A DNA stretch of 64,000 bases from Elusimicrobiota bacterium (GTDB taxonomy: Bacteria > Elusimicrobiota > Elusimicrobia > UBA1565): positions 128,001-192,000 of the forward strand of contig JBDRPD010000083.1 of assembly GCA_043827405.1 (NCBI GenBank), in the 5' to 3' direction. Below the pieces are notes generated by a model. It did not search any database. It worked only from the letters and a program-made list of their open reading frames with translations, and was not told where the DNA came from. Shown in pieces: positions 36,638 to 45,980 of this stretch. A program made the position numbers and the translations under genes. The first letter of the stretch is position 1, and the number at the start of each line of letters is the position of its first letter.

Positions 36638-38706
36638 CGGTCTTCTTCTTCCGCCGGCAGGTCCGCCAGCGAGTCGGGGAGCTGCTCCAGCATCCGCAGG
36701 AAGTCCTTGACGTCGGGCATCCGCGTCCGGTGGTCGAGGTCGAGCGCGCGCTCAAGCAGCACGGTCAGGCGCGGGTCCGGCTCGCGTCCGCCGATATGCG
36801 GGAGTTCGCCGGTCAGCATCTCGTAGCAGCATAAGCCCAGCGAATAGATGTCCGAGATCGGCGTCGTCTCTCCGCGCTTAGCCTCGGGCGCCGCGTAGCG
36901 TTCGGCGCCTTCCCCGGTGGTGCGCGCCAGCACGAAATCCGAGACCTTGATATAGCCCTTATTGGTCACGATGATGCGCTCGGGGCTCAAGCCCCCGTGC
37001 GCTATGCCGTGATGGTGCGCATGCTCCAGGGCGCGGCAGACGGGGATCAGGATGTCGCGCACCTGGCCGACCGGGAATTCGCCGACCTCTTCCAGGATGC
37101 TGTGAACGCTCTTGCCCGGGGTGTAGCCGTAGACGATATAGAGTCCGGAGGCGATATCGAGAATCTCGTAGAGGTCGACGATATTGGGATGGCGCAGCTT
37201 GGCCGCCGCGCGCGCCTCGTCGAGGCGGCGGGCGCGCTCTTCGGCGGGCTGGGCCTTGCTGCCGGCGTAGAGCCGCTTGATGAGGGCGGCGCGGCCCAGC
37301 GTCTGGTCCTGCGCCTTCCATATTTCGACGGTTCCGTCGTAGCCCATGAAGCGGATTAGATCGTACTTCTCGGCGATCGTCATATTGCGCCGCAGCTTCA
37401 GCGGCGGCAGCGGGGTGCGTGAGATTATTGTTGTTTTCGTTTCTGTCTTCTGCTTCGGGGCGACGTTTTCCGTCCAGGAGCGGAGGCGCTTGGCGACGGT
37501 TCCGAAGGCGTCCAGCTTCGTCTGCTTCGGGTCTTTACGGCGGCGCGTCAGCATCACGATCGCCGCCATGAGAGCGACTCCGAGCAGCGCCCCTAGTATC
37601 ATGAAAAGCGCGTTGGTGCCCGAGCCGCCCTGCGCTGTCGCCGCCGCCGGCGCCTCCTCGTCGCGCAGCAGCTTCCAGCTGCTGCCTTCGGCATCGAACA
37701 GGTCGCGGCTGTCGGCGTATTTTAGGTAGCGCAAAAAGCGAGCCGGGTCCAGCTTGGCGGCGATGCGCAGGTTCTGCATCCGCAGCTCTTTGTCTCCGCT
37801 CTGCTCATGCGCCAGCGCCAGCAGGAAGAAGGCGTCCGCGTTATGCGGTGCCAACGCGGTCGCATAAGTTGCGCTTTCCACCGCTTCGGCGAAGCGTTTC
37901 TGCTCCAGCAGGCTTTGCGTCAGGATGATGACCGCTTTGATGTCGCCGGTGCCGCCGACCATGGCGGAGCGCGCCGCGGCCTCGGCCTCGGGGAGGCGGT
38001 TGCCGCGCAGCAGCTTCTCCGCCTGACGCAGCGGGGCGCCGCGCACGGCGTTGGTCGCCGCAGCGCGGGGCAAATCCTTTTCTGTCGCCGGGCGGGGCGG
38101 GGGTTCGGCGAATTTCTTAAACGCCGGCCAATCCGACACGGAGGAGGTCGCCGGTATGCTCGCCGGCGATGCGTCCCCGGCGCTTTTCGGGCTCTTGCGC
38201 GCGGGTTCGCGCCGCGTCGCGCGCGCGCCCGCGTCCTGATTATTATCCTGGTCGCCGCCGGATTTTCTGAACTTCCAGTGATCCCGAGTGCTTATGTCGG
38301 GCCGCGGGTCGCGCTTGAGGCTCTGCGCCGGGGGCTTGACGTCGAGGTTGTTGTAGCCCGCGGGGCGGGTATAGGATACGTCGCCCGCGGGCTTCTGCTC
38401 TACGATCGGCTTTTGCGCGTTGAGGTTCTGCAGCATGAGGTCGATCTGTTCGCGCTGTTCGGGGGGGAGAGATTCATTGGCGGAGATCTTCTTCAGGGTA
38501 TCGATCTGCCGCATCAGCAGTACCGCGTCGTCCATCTGCTTTTGGCCGTCCTGCATGGAATATTCGTAGTCCTTGTCCTTGCGCTTGCCGGATTTCTGCT
38601 TATCGCCGGACGCTTTCTGCGGCGGCGGGTCGGCGTTCTGCGGCGCGGCGGCGATCAGCAGCGACGCGGCGAGAAGGCCGGCGGAGCAGCGGAGGAAGCT
38701 CCTCAT
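36634..38706 (-). CDS. Membrane protein with exported TPR region and a cytoplasmic Hanks-type pseudokinase domain
   Basis: Signal peptide, TPRs, one TM; kinase fold LRHPNIV, YAAPE, SDIYSLG; HRD replaced by HGG and DFG by DFV. Confidence 0.85.
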   Translation of the reverse strand: MRSFLRCSAGLLAASLLIAAAPQNADPPPQKASGDKQKSGKRKDKDYEYSMQDGQKQMDDAVLLMRQIDTLKKISANESLPPEQREQIDLMLQNLNAQKPIVEQKPAGDVSYTRPAGYNNLDVKPPAQSLKRDPRPDISTRDHWKFRKSGGDQDNNQDAGARATRREPARKSPKSAGDASPASIPATSSVSDWPAFKKFAEPPPRPATEKDLPRAAATNAVRGAPLRQAEKLLRGNRLPEAEAAARSAMVGGTGDIKAVIILTQSLLEQKRFAEAVESATYATALAPHNADAFFLLALAHEQSGDKELRMQNLRIAAKLDPARFLRYLKYADSRDLFDAEGSSWKLLRDEEAPAAATAQGGSGTNALFMILGALLGVALMAAIVMLTRRRKDPKQTKLDAFGTVAKRLRSWTENVAPKQKTETKTTIISRTPLPPLKLRRNMTIAEKYDLIRFMGYDGTVEIWKAQDQTLGRAALIKRLYAGSKAQPAEERARRLDEARAAAKLRHPNIVDLYEILDIASGLYIVYGYTPGKSVHSILEEVGEFPVGQVRDILIPVCRALEHAHHHGIAHGGLSPERIIVTNKGYIKVSDFVLARTTGEGAERYAAPEAKRGETTPISDIYSLGLCCYEMLTGELPHIGGREPDPRLTVLLERALDLDHRTRMPDVKDFLRMLEQLPDSLADLPAEEEDR

Positions 38707-40103
38707 TTCTTTTTGTGGTAAAAGTCCTTTCCGGGCTGGATCTTAAGCATCATGCCCGGGCGCAGGAGGCGCGGGTTATGGATATTGTTCTGCTGCATGA
38801 TATTTTTGACCGTGGTCCGGTAGCTGCGGGCGATTTTTCCGAGGTAGTCTCCGCGGCGGACCTTGTAGCGGACGAGCTCCGGCCCGGGGTTCCAATCCTT
38901 CACTGCGGCAAGTTTTTTCAGGAACTCCTCCTTGACGCCCTGCGGGATGCGCAGCGGAAAGCCGGGGCGGTTGCGGGGCGTGCACCAGGCGCGGATATGC
39001 GGATTGAGCCGCTGGATCACTTCCTTGGTTGTCCCGGCGCACTTGGCCGCGATGCCGAGATCGAGGTCGCGGTCGAGCTCCACGATGTCGTAGGGTTCGG
39101 GTTCCTCGTAGTTGGGCTTGATGCCGTAGTTTTCCGGAGCTTCGCCGATGAGCACGCAGGCCATGAATTTCGGCACATAGTTGTGCGTCTCCTGCGGCAG
39201 GACCTTGCGGTCCGCCAGCTTGCCGAAGTCGGCCGAGTTGGAAAACTTAAGATCGCGGCCGATGCCGTTGAGCCCCCGGTTGTAGGCGGCCAGCGCCAGG
39301 TGCCAGTCCTTGAACCACTGGTGCAGGTCGCTCAGATGACGGATCGCGGCCTTGGTCGCCTTCTCCGGGTCGAACCGTTCGTCGACCCAGTACGAAACCT
39401 CCAGGCCGTAGGCGCGCGCGGTGAAGGGCATGAACTGCCATAAGCCCGCGGCCCCGGAGCGGGAGACCGCGTTGCGCTTGTATTCGCTCTCGGTCATGAC
39501 GAGGTAGAAGAGCTCGCGCGGCAGGCCCGCTTGGCGCAGCTCGGACTCGATGAAAGCGCGGTAGCGTCCGGAGCGTTCCAGCGCTTCACGGACGGAATCG
39601 GGCCGCTTTTCAGTGTAGAGCTGGATAAACTTCTTGGTGATCTCGTTTTCCGGATCGATCTCGATGGTATGCTGCTGGGAGGAAATGGGAGCGGCCGGCG
39701 CGGGCGGGGTCTCCTCGAGCACTTCAGCGGAAACCTGCAGGTCGGAGGGGTACTCGGTCTGTGTTTCGCCCGCCTCCCAGGTCCGGACCTTCTCGAGCAT
39801 GCTCAGAAAATCGGCCTTAAGCTCGATCGTCAGCTGGTCCTCCTCCAGCGAGGAGGTCAGCAGGGCAAAGGCTTTCTTGACGGCCGCCCGCGCCTGGCGG
39901 ACCTTGCCTTCCTGAAAGAGCTTGATCCCCTGTTCGTATTGGCTCTCCGCCACCCGCAGCTGTTCGAGGAGCAGCGCGTCCGGATCGGCGTTCTCTTCCT
40001 GTCGGTCGGAGGCGTAGACGGGCGCCTCGGGCGGCGAGGTGTCGGGCGGCAATGCCCGCGCCGCGGGAACGAGCAGCAGCAGCAGCGCGGCGAACGGTTT
40101 CAC
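38703..40103 (-). CDS. MltD-like lytic transglycosylase with LysM domain
   Basis: Catalytic VMTES, AAGLWQFM, LAAYNRG, ETHNYVPKF; C-terminal LysM YKVRRGDYLGKIA. Confidence 0.92.
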   Translation of the reverse strand: MKPFAALLLLLVPAARALPPDTSPPEAPVYASDRQEENADPDALLLEQLRVAESQYEQGIKLFQEGKVRQARAAVKKAFALLTSSLEEDQLTIELKADFLSMLEKVRTWEAGETQTEYPSDLQVSAEVLEETPPAPAAPISSQQHTIEIDPENEITKKFIQLYTEKRPDSVREALERSGRYRAFIESELRQAGLPRELFYLVMTESEYKRNAVSRSGAAGLWQFMPFTARAYGLEVSYWVDERFDPEKATKAAIRHLSDLHQWFKDWHLALAAYNRGLNGIGRDLKFSNSADFGKLADRKVLPQETHNYVPKFMACVLIGEAPENYGIKPNYEEPEPYDIVELDRDLDLGIAAKCAGTTKEVIQRLNPHIRAWCTPRNRPGFPLRIPQGVKEEFLKKLAAVKDWNPGPELVRYKVRRGDYLGKIARSYRTTVKNIMQQNNIHNPRLLRPGMMLKIQPGKDFYHKKK

Positions 40104-41243
40104 CTAGGCCAGCTTCTTGCCGCAGCCGCCGCAGAACTTCACGGTCGGTCCCGCTTGCGCGCCGCACTTCGGGCAGGCGATCGAGCCGAGTCCCTTGCCG
40201 CAGTTCTGGCAGAACTTGGCGCCGGCGGCGACGTCGGCCTTGCAGCCGGGGCATTTGGCTGTCGGCGCGACGACCGGCTTGCCGCATTCGGGGCAGAATT
40301 TCGCGGTGGCCGGCACCTGGGCGTTGCACTGGTCGTTGGTGCAGGAAGCCGTCTGCTGCGGCTGCGTCGAGGCGGCCGAGCCCATGACGCCCGCCATCAT
40401 CCCGCCCATGCCGGCGCCGGCGCCCAGGCCCATGCCCAGGCCCATGCCGCCGCCCATCATGCCGCCGCCCTCGTTTTTGGCCGCGCCCTCCATGGTGTCG
40501 AAGGTGCGCTTCATGCGGTAGTTCTGGCCGCCGAGGATGTCGATTTCGGCCCGCTCGGAAAGGGCTTTCTTCAGGCGCTTGACGGTATCGTCGTCGTCCG
40601 GGACGTTGACCGACTGCAGCATGAAGTTGACCAGCTGGATGCCGAAGTTCGCGAAATCCTTGCCGATCTTCTTATGCAGATCTTCGGAGAGGTCCTCGAG
40701 GTAAGCGCTGATTTCGAGCAGGTTGATCTTCTTGCGGATGATCGTCTCCGCGATGTAGTCCTTGGCCTTGGTCAGGATGATGCCGCGGAAGTAGTCGGTC
40801 AGGGCGTTGACCGTGAACTCGTTCTGCGTACCCGCCAGCTGGACCACGAACTTGCGCGCGTCCGTGACGCGCACGCCGAACTGCCCGAAAGCGCGTATCG
40901 GCAGGAAGATGTTGTACTTTGGGTCCAGGATCGGGATCGGGGATTTTGTACCCCACTTCACATCGAGCTTGGTGGCCTTGTTGATGAAGTATATCTCGGC
41001 CGCGAACGGAGTCTCGCCGCCGAACGGGGCCTTGATCAGGCGCCGGAGGAGCGGAATGTTCAGGGTGCGCAGAGTATGCGTCCCGGGGCCGAGCAGATCA
41101 AGCGCCTGGCCGCCCTTGAAGAACAGGGCCTCCTGGGATTGGTTGACGATGACCTGCGTGCCCCAGGTCAGGTCGTCCGGAGGATGCCGCCAAACCAAGA
41201 TGTCCGCCGGGCCGTCAAATTTTACTCTGTCGATTATCGCCAT
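40104..41243 (-). CDS. SPFH (Band-7, YdjI-like) protein with C-terminal zinc ribbons; start reassigned to ATG 41243
   Basis: GTQVIVNQSQEALFFKGG..LGPG.HTL, KWGT, RAFGQF; GMG-rich linker; multiple CxxC pairs; GGAGG SD. Confidence 0.9.
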   Translation of the reverse strand: MAIIDRVKFDGPADILVWRHPPDDLTWGTQVIVNQSQEALFFKGGQALDLLGPGTHTLRTLNIPLLRRLIKAPFGGETPFAAEIYFINKATKLDVKWGTKSPIPILDPKYNIFLPIRAFGQFGVRVTDARKFVVQLAGTQNEFTVNALTDYFRGIILTKAKDYIAETIIRKKINLLEISAYLEDLSEDLHKKIGKDFANFGIQLVNFMLQSVNVPDDDDTVKRLKKALSERAEIDILGGQNYRMKRTFDTMEGAAKNEGGGMMGGGMGLGMGLGAGAGMGGMMAGVMGSAASTQPQQTASCTNDQCNAQVPATAKFCPECGKPVVAPTAKCPGCKADVAAGAKFCQNCGKGLGSIACPKCGAQAGPTVKFCGGCGKKLA

Positions 41244-41268
41244 ATTCCCTCCGCAGAAAAGCAAAGTT

Positions 41269-41297
41269 AGCTTAAGACTCCGTCCGACGGTTGTCAA
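41269..41297 (-). promoter_or_regulatory. Internal sigma70 promoter upstream of the SPFH gene
   Basis: TTGACA-17 bp-TAAGCT on the minus strand. Confidence 0.65.
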
Positions 41298-41304
41298 GCC
41301 CTCA

Positions 41305-42762
41305 TTATTTCGCGGGCCGGACGATGGGCGGGTCGCCGGCCTCTATGATCTCGACGGTCGCGCCCTTCTCGATCGCGCCGCTGTCGGCGAGCGCCTCGAC
41401 AATCTGGGTGCCGAACTGCACCCGGCCTTCGGGTTTGAGCGGGCCCAGAGCGAGACCACGGCGCCCGACGGCCAGCTCGCCCTCCTCCGGAGTGTCGAGC
41501 GGCGCGGTGCTCCCCGCGTCGGTGTCGAGCGGGCCGCGATTGAACATCGGCAGGCGGGGGATCATGAACAGCAGCGATATGATGCCCGCGACCCCGCCGG
41601 CGCCCGCGGCGGCCAGGACCCAGAGAACTTCGCGCAGGCGGTCCCACTCCCAAGGAGCGTGCGGCACGACAAAAGGGACGATCATGAGATAGAATCCGAT
41701 CATCAGGCACAGGAAGCCCCCGATGCCTGCGAGCCCGAAGCCCGGCACCACGAAGATCTCGAGCGCGATCAGAAACAGTCCGGCCAGGACCAGCAGCAGA
41801 TCGAACCAGCCCGCCATGTCCGCCAGGTAATGGCCCCAGAAGACCACGATGAAGCAGGCGATGCCGGCGGCGCCCATCCAGCCGAAGCCGGGCATATGCA
41901 TCTCGCCGGAGATCAGCATGAAGCCGAGAAATACCAGCAGACTCGTCGCGGCGCTGCCGGTGATGATATCAATGAACTTTTCCAGCCCGGTCTTGCGGGC
42001 ATCGATCAGCGTCGGGTCCGGGATGTTTTCCCGGCGCAGCGCATACGTGATCGAGTCGGCCGGCTCGGCGAGCCCGTAGCGGATCGCCCGGCGGGCGCTG
42101 AGGTTCAGGAGCTTCCCCTTGGCGATGACCAGCTCGGGCTCGCCGCGGATTCGCCCTTCCTTCTTCAGGCGTTCCAGCTCCGGCGCGGTGACGAAGTGCG
42201 TTTCGCCGCCGGCGGTGACGCGATGAACTTCCAGGTCCTTGTCGACCATGGCGGCGGCGAGCGCCGCCGGGTAATTGTTGCGCTCGGCAAGGGCGCGGAA
42301 CTTCGCCCGCAGGGCGGAGATGTGCTTCTCTCCCGCCGCCTCCGTTTTGCCGCCGCCGCTCATCACGGGAGCGGCGGAGCCGATCGAGGCGCTTGGGGCC
42401 ATGTAGATTTTGCCGCAGGCGAGCGAGATCAGCGCCCCGGCCGACCAGGCCTTGTCCTCTACCCAGGCGAATACCGGGATATTGGGCTCCTGCGCCGCGC
42501 GGGCGATGTCGAGCGCCGCGTCCACGCGCCCGCCGAAAGTGTCGATGCGCAGGACAACGGCGCGCGCGTCTTCCCTGCCGGCGAGCGAGCGCCGGACATA
42601 GGAGGCGAGGCCATGGGTAATCTCGCCGTCGATATGGATGACCAGAACCTTGCTGCCGGCGGTCGTGGGAGCGGGTCCGCGGCTGGCGGCGAAGCCGACG
42701 GCCGCATAGAGCAGGCCGGCGGCCAATGCGGCCAGCGATCTTGTAAGCGGTTGCGCGTTCAT
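41305..42762 (-). CDS. nfeD: Long-form NfeD membrane protease (ClpP-like domain, TMs, OB fold); start reassigned to ATG 42762
   Basis: IDTFGG, AWSAGALI, APSASIGSAAP, LEIFVVPGFG, LKPEGRV; ATGA overlap with the upstream gene. Confidence 0.9.
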   Translation of the reverse strand: MNAQPLTRSLAALAAGLLYAAVGFAASRGPAPTTAGSKVLVIHIDGEITHGLASYVRRSLAGREDARAVVLRIDTFGGRVDAALDIARAAQEPNIPVFAWVEDKAWSAGALISLACGKIYMAPSASIGSAAPVMSGGGKTEAAGEKHISALRAKFRALAERNNYPAALAAAMVDKDLEVHRVTAGGETHFVTAPELERLKKEGRIRGEPELVIAKGKLLNLSARRAIRYGLAEPADSITYALRRENIPDPTLIDARKTGLEKFIDIITGSAATSLLVFLGFMLISGEMHMPGFGWMGAAGIACFIVVFWGHYLADMAGWFDLLLVLAGLFLIALEIFVVPGFGLAGIGGFLCLMIGFYLMIVPFVVPHAPWEWDRLREVLWVLAAAGAGGVAGIISLLFMIPRLPMFNRGPLDTDAGSTAPLDTPEEGELAVGRRGLALGPLKPEGRVQFGTQIVEALADSGAIEKGATVEIIEAGDPPIVRPAK

Positions 42763-44651
42763 GCCTGAAGGTCCTGCTGCGCCTGTTGGTAGAGGAGCTT
42801 GCGTTCCGCCGCGATCATGCCGCGGATGTCCTGCGCGTTCATCTTGAGCTGCCGTCCGAAGGCCAGCAGGGTGTTCATCTCCGGCCGGGATATCTCGCCG
42901 TCGGCGAGGCTCATTTGGATGACGCCGCGGAGGAATATCCGAGCCTCCTCGGGCGTCTTCGGCGCCGGCACTTCCAGGTGTCCGCTGCGGGCCGCGCTGA
43001 GCAGCCCGTCGAGCTTGACCCGCGGTATCGTATGCTTCCTGGCATAGGCCTGCGCGAACGCCAGCTCCCGCTGGTCGATGCGGCCGTCGAGGATCATCGC
43101 CCCGACGAGCACGGCCAGCGCCTGTATGGGCGGCATGGCGCCCGACCAGCCGGCGTCCGCGCCGCGCGCCGCAACGCTCTCGGCGGCCAGCAGCGGAGTC
43201 GGCTGGCGCCACTGGCCGTGGGGCATGATGCCGGTCAGGACCCAGCGGCGGCTGCCGTCGTTGGCCGGCGAGCCGCAGAACTCGCAGGCGGCCTGCCGGC
43301 GCTCCGCGGGCGGCGCGCCGCAGCTCGCGCACAGCAGCGAGCGCAGCCCGGAGCCGGCGTCGGTCTTGGCGGCGGCCTGGCGGCTAAGGATGAAAACGTG
43401 GTGGTTGAGCACCGAGCCCTGAGCGGCGGCTTCGCCGTTATGGACCGCGAATTTCTCGCCGGACCATTTGACGAGGACGTGGGCCTTGTCGTCGGGCCGG
43501 CCCGCCTCTATCGCGAGGATATCGACGGCGCCCACGGCGGCGCCGCGGTACAGGGCGCGGGTGCGCGACTGGCTTTCCCGGTGCGCGGCGACCAGCGCCT
43601 CCGCGGCTACCGGGACCAGCGAGGAGGCCTCCGGCTCCCAGTGCGCCATCTGCCAGCGCCAGAAGACGGCCGAGGCGCGGTCCTCCAGGAACTGAACGTT
43701 GAGCGCGGGATCGCGCTGCTTGATCTCCACCAGCCCCGGAATCTGCGCCTCCGAGGTGCGGATGCGCCATTCGCAGGCTTGGGTGATTTCGGCGAGCACC
43801 CAGTCATACTCGCCGGAGCTGACCCAGGAGCCGCAGGCCGCGCATTTGGCGGCGTCGGCGATATCCAGCGGCGCCCCGCAGTTCGGGCAGAACCCTTCAA
43901 GCAGTCCGGGTTTTTTCAGGGTCTGCGCGCCCGGGCGCCGCAGGAAGGACCAGACCTCGATAAACTCTTCTTCTTTCCCGGAGCGGTTCTTGACGACGCT
44001 GTCGTCGTCCAGCCGCACGTCCTGGTCCACCGCCGAGGCGCGAACGCTTACATGGAGCGTGTCGAAGTGCGCGTCCGATTCGACATGGACCACGTCGGCT
44101 TTGAGAACCCGGACCTCGTGCATGCGGTTGCGGATGCCCATCGCCCGCTGCATGCGGATATAAATGGCGAAGCGCTCGTTGATCCCGTCGGAGATGAAGG
44201 CGCGCGCCGGGCCCATGTCTTGGTTCGACCAGGCCTCCTGGATGCGCAGGAAGGCCTTCTGCACCCGGTCGAGAAAGGCGGGCGTGCTGAAGCCCGGGTC
44301 GCGCTGATGGATCTTCGCGATGCCGGCCATGATGGCATGGGACTGGGCGCGCGCCGCGCCCTGCACGATGGTCCGCTGCGTGCGGCCCTCCCCGTTGATG
44401 GCGCCGAATACGCGCAGCATGACGAAGACGCCGATGACGGCGAGCCAGATGACGTTTTCCGTCCGGCTCATGCGCCGGCTGGAACGGTAGCCGCCGTAGC
44501 TGCCGCCGCTGAAACTTCCGCCGCTGAAACCACCGCCGCTGAAGCCTCCGCCGCCGCCCGAATAGCCGCCGCCGCCGCCGGCGCGGGCGAAGACGATCGG
44601 GGGCGCGAACAGGGCGAGCAGAAACAGGGCCAGCGCGAGGCGGCGGATCAC
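42759..44651 (-). CDS. Tim44-like domain protein (two Tim44-like plus Zn-ribbon units) with C-terminal TerB-like domain
   Basis: RAGGGGG Gly-rich N-terminus; DPGFS...F..IQEAW, EVWSFLR; CPNCG/CAACG and CASCG/CEFCG; DGRIDQRE and ADGEISRPE. Confidence 0.8.
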   Translation of the reverse strand: MIRRLALALFLLALFAPPIVFARAGGGGGYSGGGGGFSGGGFSGGSFSGGSYGGYRSSRRMSRTENVIWLAVIGVFVMLRVFGAINGEGRTQRTIVQGAARAQSHAIMAGIAKIHQRDPGFSTPAFLDRVQKAFLRIQEAWSNQDMGPARAFISDGINERFAIYIRMQRAMGIRNRMHEVRVLKADVVHVESDAHFDTLHVSVRASAVDQDVRLDDDSVVKNRSGKEEEFIEVWSFLRRPGAQTLKKPGLLEGFCPNCGAPLDIADAAKCAACGSWVSSGEYDWVLAEITQACEWRIRTSEAQIPGLVEIKQRDPALNVQFLEDRASAVFWRWQMAHWEPEASSLVPVAAEALVAAHRESQSRTRALYRGAAVGAVDILAIEAGRPDDKAHVLVKWSGEKFAVHNGEAAAQGSVLNHHVFILSRQAAAKTDAGSGLRSLLCASCGAPPAERRQAACEFCGSPANDGSRRWVLTGIMPHGQWRQPTPLLAAESVAARGADAGWSGAMPPIQALAVLVGAMILDGRIDQRELAFAQAYARKHTIPRVKLDGLLSAARSGHLEVPAPKTPEEARIFLRGVIQMSLADGEISRPEMNTLLAFGRQLKMNAQDIRGMIAAERKLLYQQAQQDLQA

Positions 44652-45913
44652 CGCGGGTTCCCGCCTTGCTGTTGCTGCTGCTGCCCCATGACCTGATTGA
44701 GCATTTCCATGCTTTGACCGAGCATTTCGTTGACGCCGCGCGTGGCTTCGATCATCTCCTTAACGGTGCCGGCGCGGTCCGCCTTGGGGATATTGGGCAG
44801 GGTCTCGACCAATGACTGGCGGATGGGCCCGCTCATTTTCGGCCACTCCTTCACCAGCAGGCTGCTGGTGCGGCTGTCGAGGAGCAGCAGGGTTTCGTTG
44901 GGAGGATGCTGCATTTTCTGGTAGCGCTGCATCTCCTGGATGACGCCCATGGGATTGGTCTGCGCCTGGTGCATCGCCTGCTGGAAGTCGTTGTTGGCCT
45001 GCTCGTCGCCCAGCGCCTGCATCATGGCCGAGGCCGCCTGGATGGCCTGCTGGGGGTTCATCGGCTGCTGCTGTTGCTGCGTTCCGATGACGGCGGGCGG
45101 CCCGCCGAAGGAGGAGCTCTGCTGTGTTGAGATCTGTCCCTGGAAGTTGCCGAGCGACGACTTGAGGCGCTGGGCGGCTATGGCCGCCGAGATGCTGAGC
45201 AGCAGCCAGAAGACCGTTAAGGCGCCGAAGACCAGCCAGGCCTTCTTCTTGTCGACCCGGTGCAGGCCCGCCGCCGCATGAACGGCAAGGTAGAGCCCGC
45301 ATAGCTGGGGGATGATCGCTCCGGCATAGGGGATGAGGCCCAGAAGAGAACTAATAGGCATCAGCGCCGCCATGGCGGCGAAGGCGCCGAAGCTGCCGTT
45401 GTAGGAGACGCCGCCGCCGAGGACTTTGCACAGGACGTGGAAGATCGCGGCGCCGATGAAGCTCATGATGATCGCCACGATCGGCAGCATGAACAGCCCG
45501 CCGGTGGCGGCAGCGATCGTGAAGGGGACCGACTGGGTCTTGGCGTAAACCGTGAAGGCGGACAGCGGGGCGCTGATCAGCGCCCACAGGATGATGACGA
45601 CCAGCGGCGGGCCGAAGCCGCCGTTGGGGTTGATGCGGGAAAAGAAAAGCGTGGGCTGCTGGGCCATGAATACGGCATTGGCGATCAGCTTGCCGGGCTT
45701 GAAATCGATAAACCCGCCGACATCGGCTTCCCGGCCGGGGCCGATGGGCGCCGCGGCGGGCGGCGGCGGGACGTTTTGTGCCATGACGGCCCGGACCGCT
45801 TCCTCGATAGCTTCGGGGGGAAAGCCGTTGCCGGCCAGCGCCGTCTTGAGGCTTTCGATGGGGTAGCTGCCCATGTTCTGGCGCAGATAGTCGACGATTC
45901 TCTGGTCGGGCAT
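44648..45913 (-). CDS. Yip1-domain membrane protein with Gln/Met-rich C-terminal region; start reassigned to ATG 45913
   Basis: P..FF, GAAIFHVLCKVLGG..SY, LHRVDKKKAW; about 5 TMs. Confidence 0.8.
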   Translation of the reverse strand: MPDQRIVDYLRQNMGSYPIESLKTALAGNGFPPEAIEEAVRAVMAQNVPPPPAAAPIGPGREADVGGFIDFKPGKLIANAVFMAQQPTLFFSRINPNGGFGPPLVVIILWALISAPLSAFTVYAKTQSVPFTIAAATGGLFMLPIVAIIMSFIGAAIFHVLCKVLGGGVSYNGSFGAFAAMAALMPISSLLGLIPYAGAIIPQLCGLYLAVHAAAGLHRVDKKKAWLVFGALTVFWLLLSISAAIAAQRLKSSLGNFQGQISTQQSSSFGGPPAVIGTQQQQQPMNPQQAIQAASAMMQALGDEQANNDFQQAMHQAQTNPMGVIQEMQRYQKMQHPPNETLLLLDSRTSSLLVKEWPKMSGPIRQSLVETLPNIPKADRAGTVKEMIEATRGVNEMLGQSMEMLNQVMGQQQQQQGGNPR

Positions 45914-45920
45914 AATAGGC

Positions 45921-45949
45921 AATATACCGCGCTTTGACGACGGAAGCAA
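45921..45949 (-). promoter_or_regulatory. Promoter of the Yip1-to-pseudokinase operon (leaderless geometry)
   Basis: TTGCTT-17 bp-TATATT, 7 nt before ATG 45913. Confidence 0.6.
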
Positions 45950-45980
45950 GACCCGGCGGGCCCCCTAGCGTATTTCCTAT

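Noticed and set aside
41305..43332. 675-aa version of NfeD in the ORF track
   Set aside because: The extra N-terminal part overlaps the Tim44/TerB gene; ATG 42762 gives a signal peptide and an ATGA overlap
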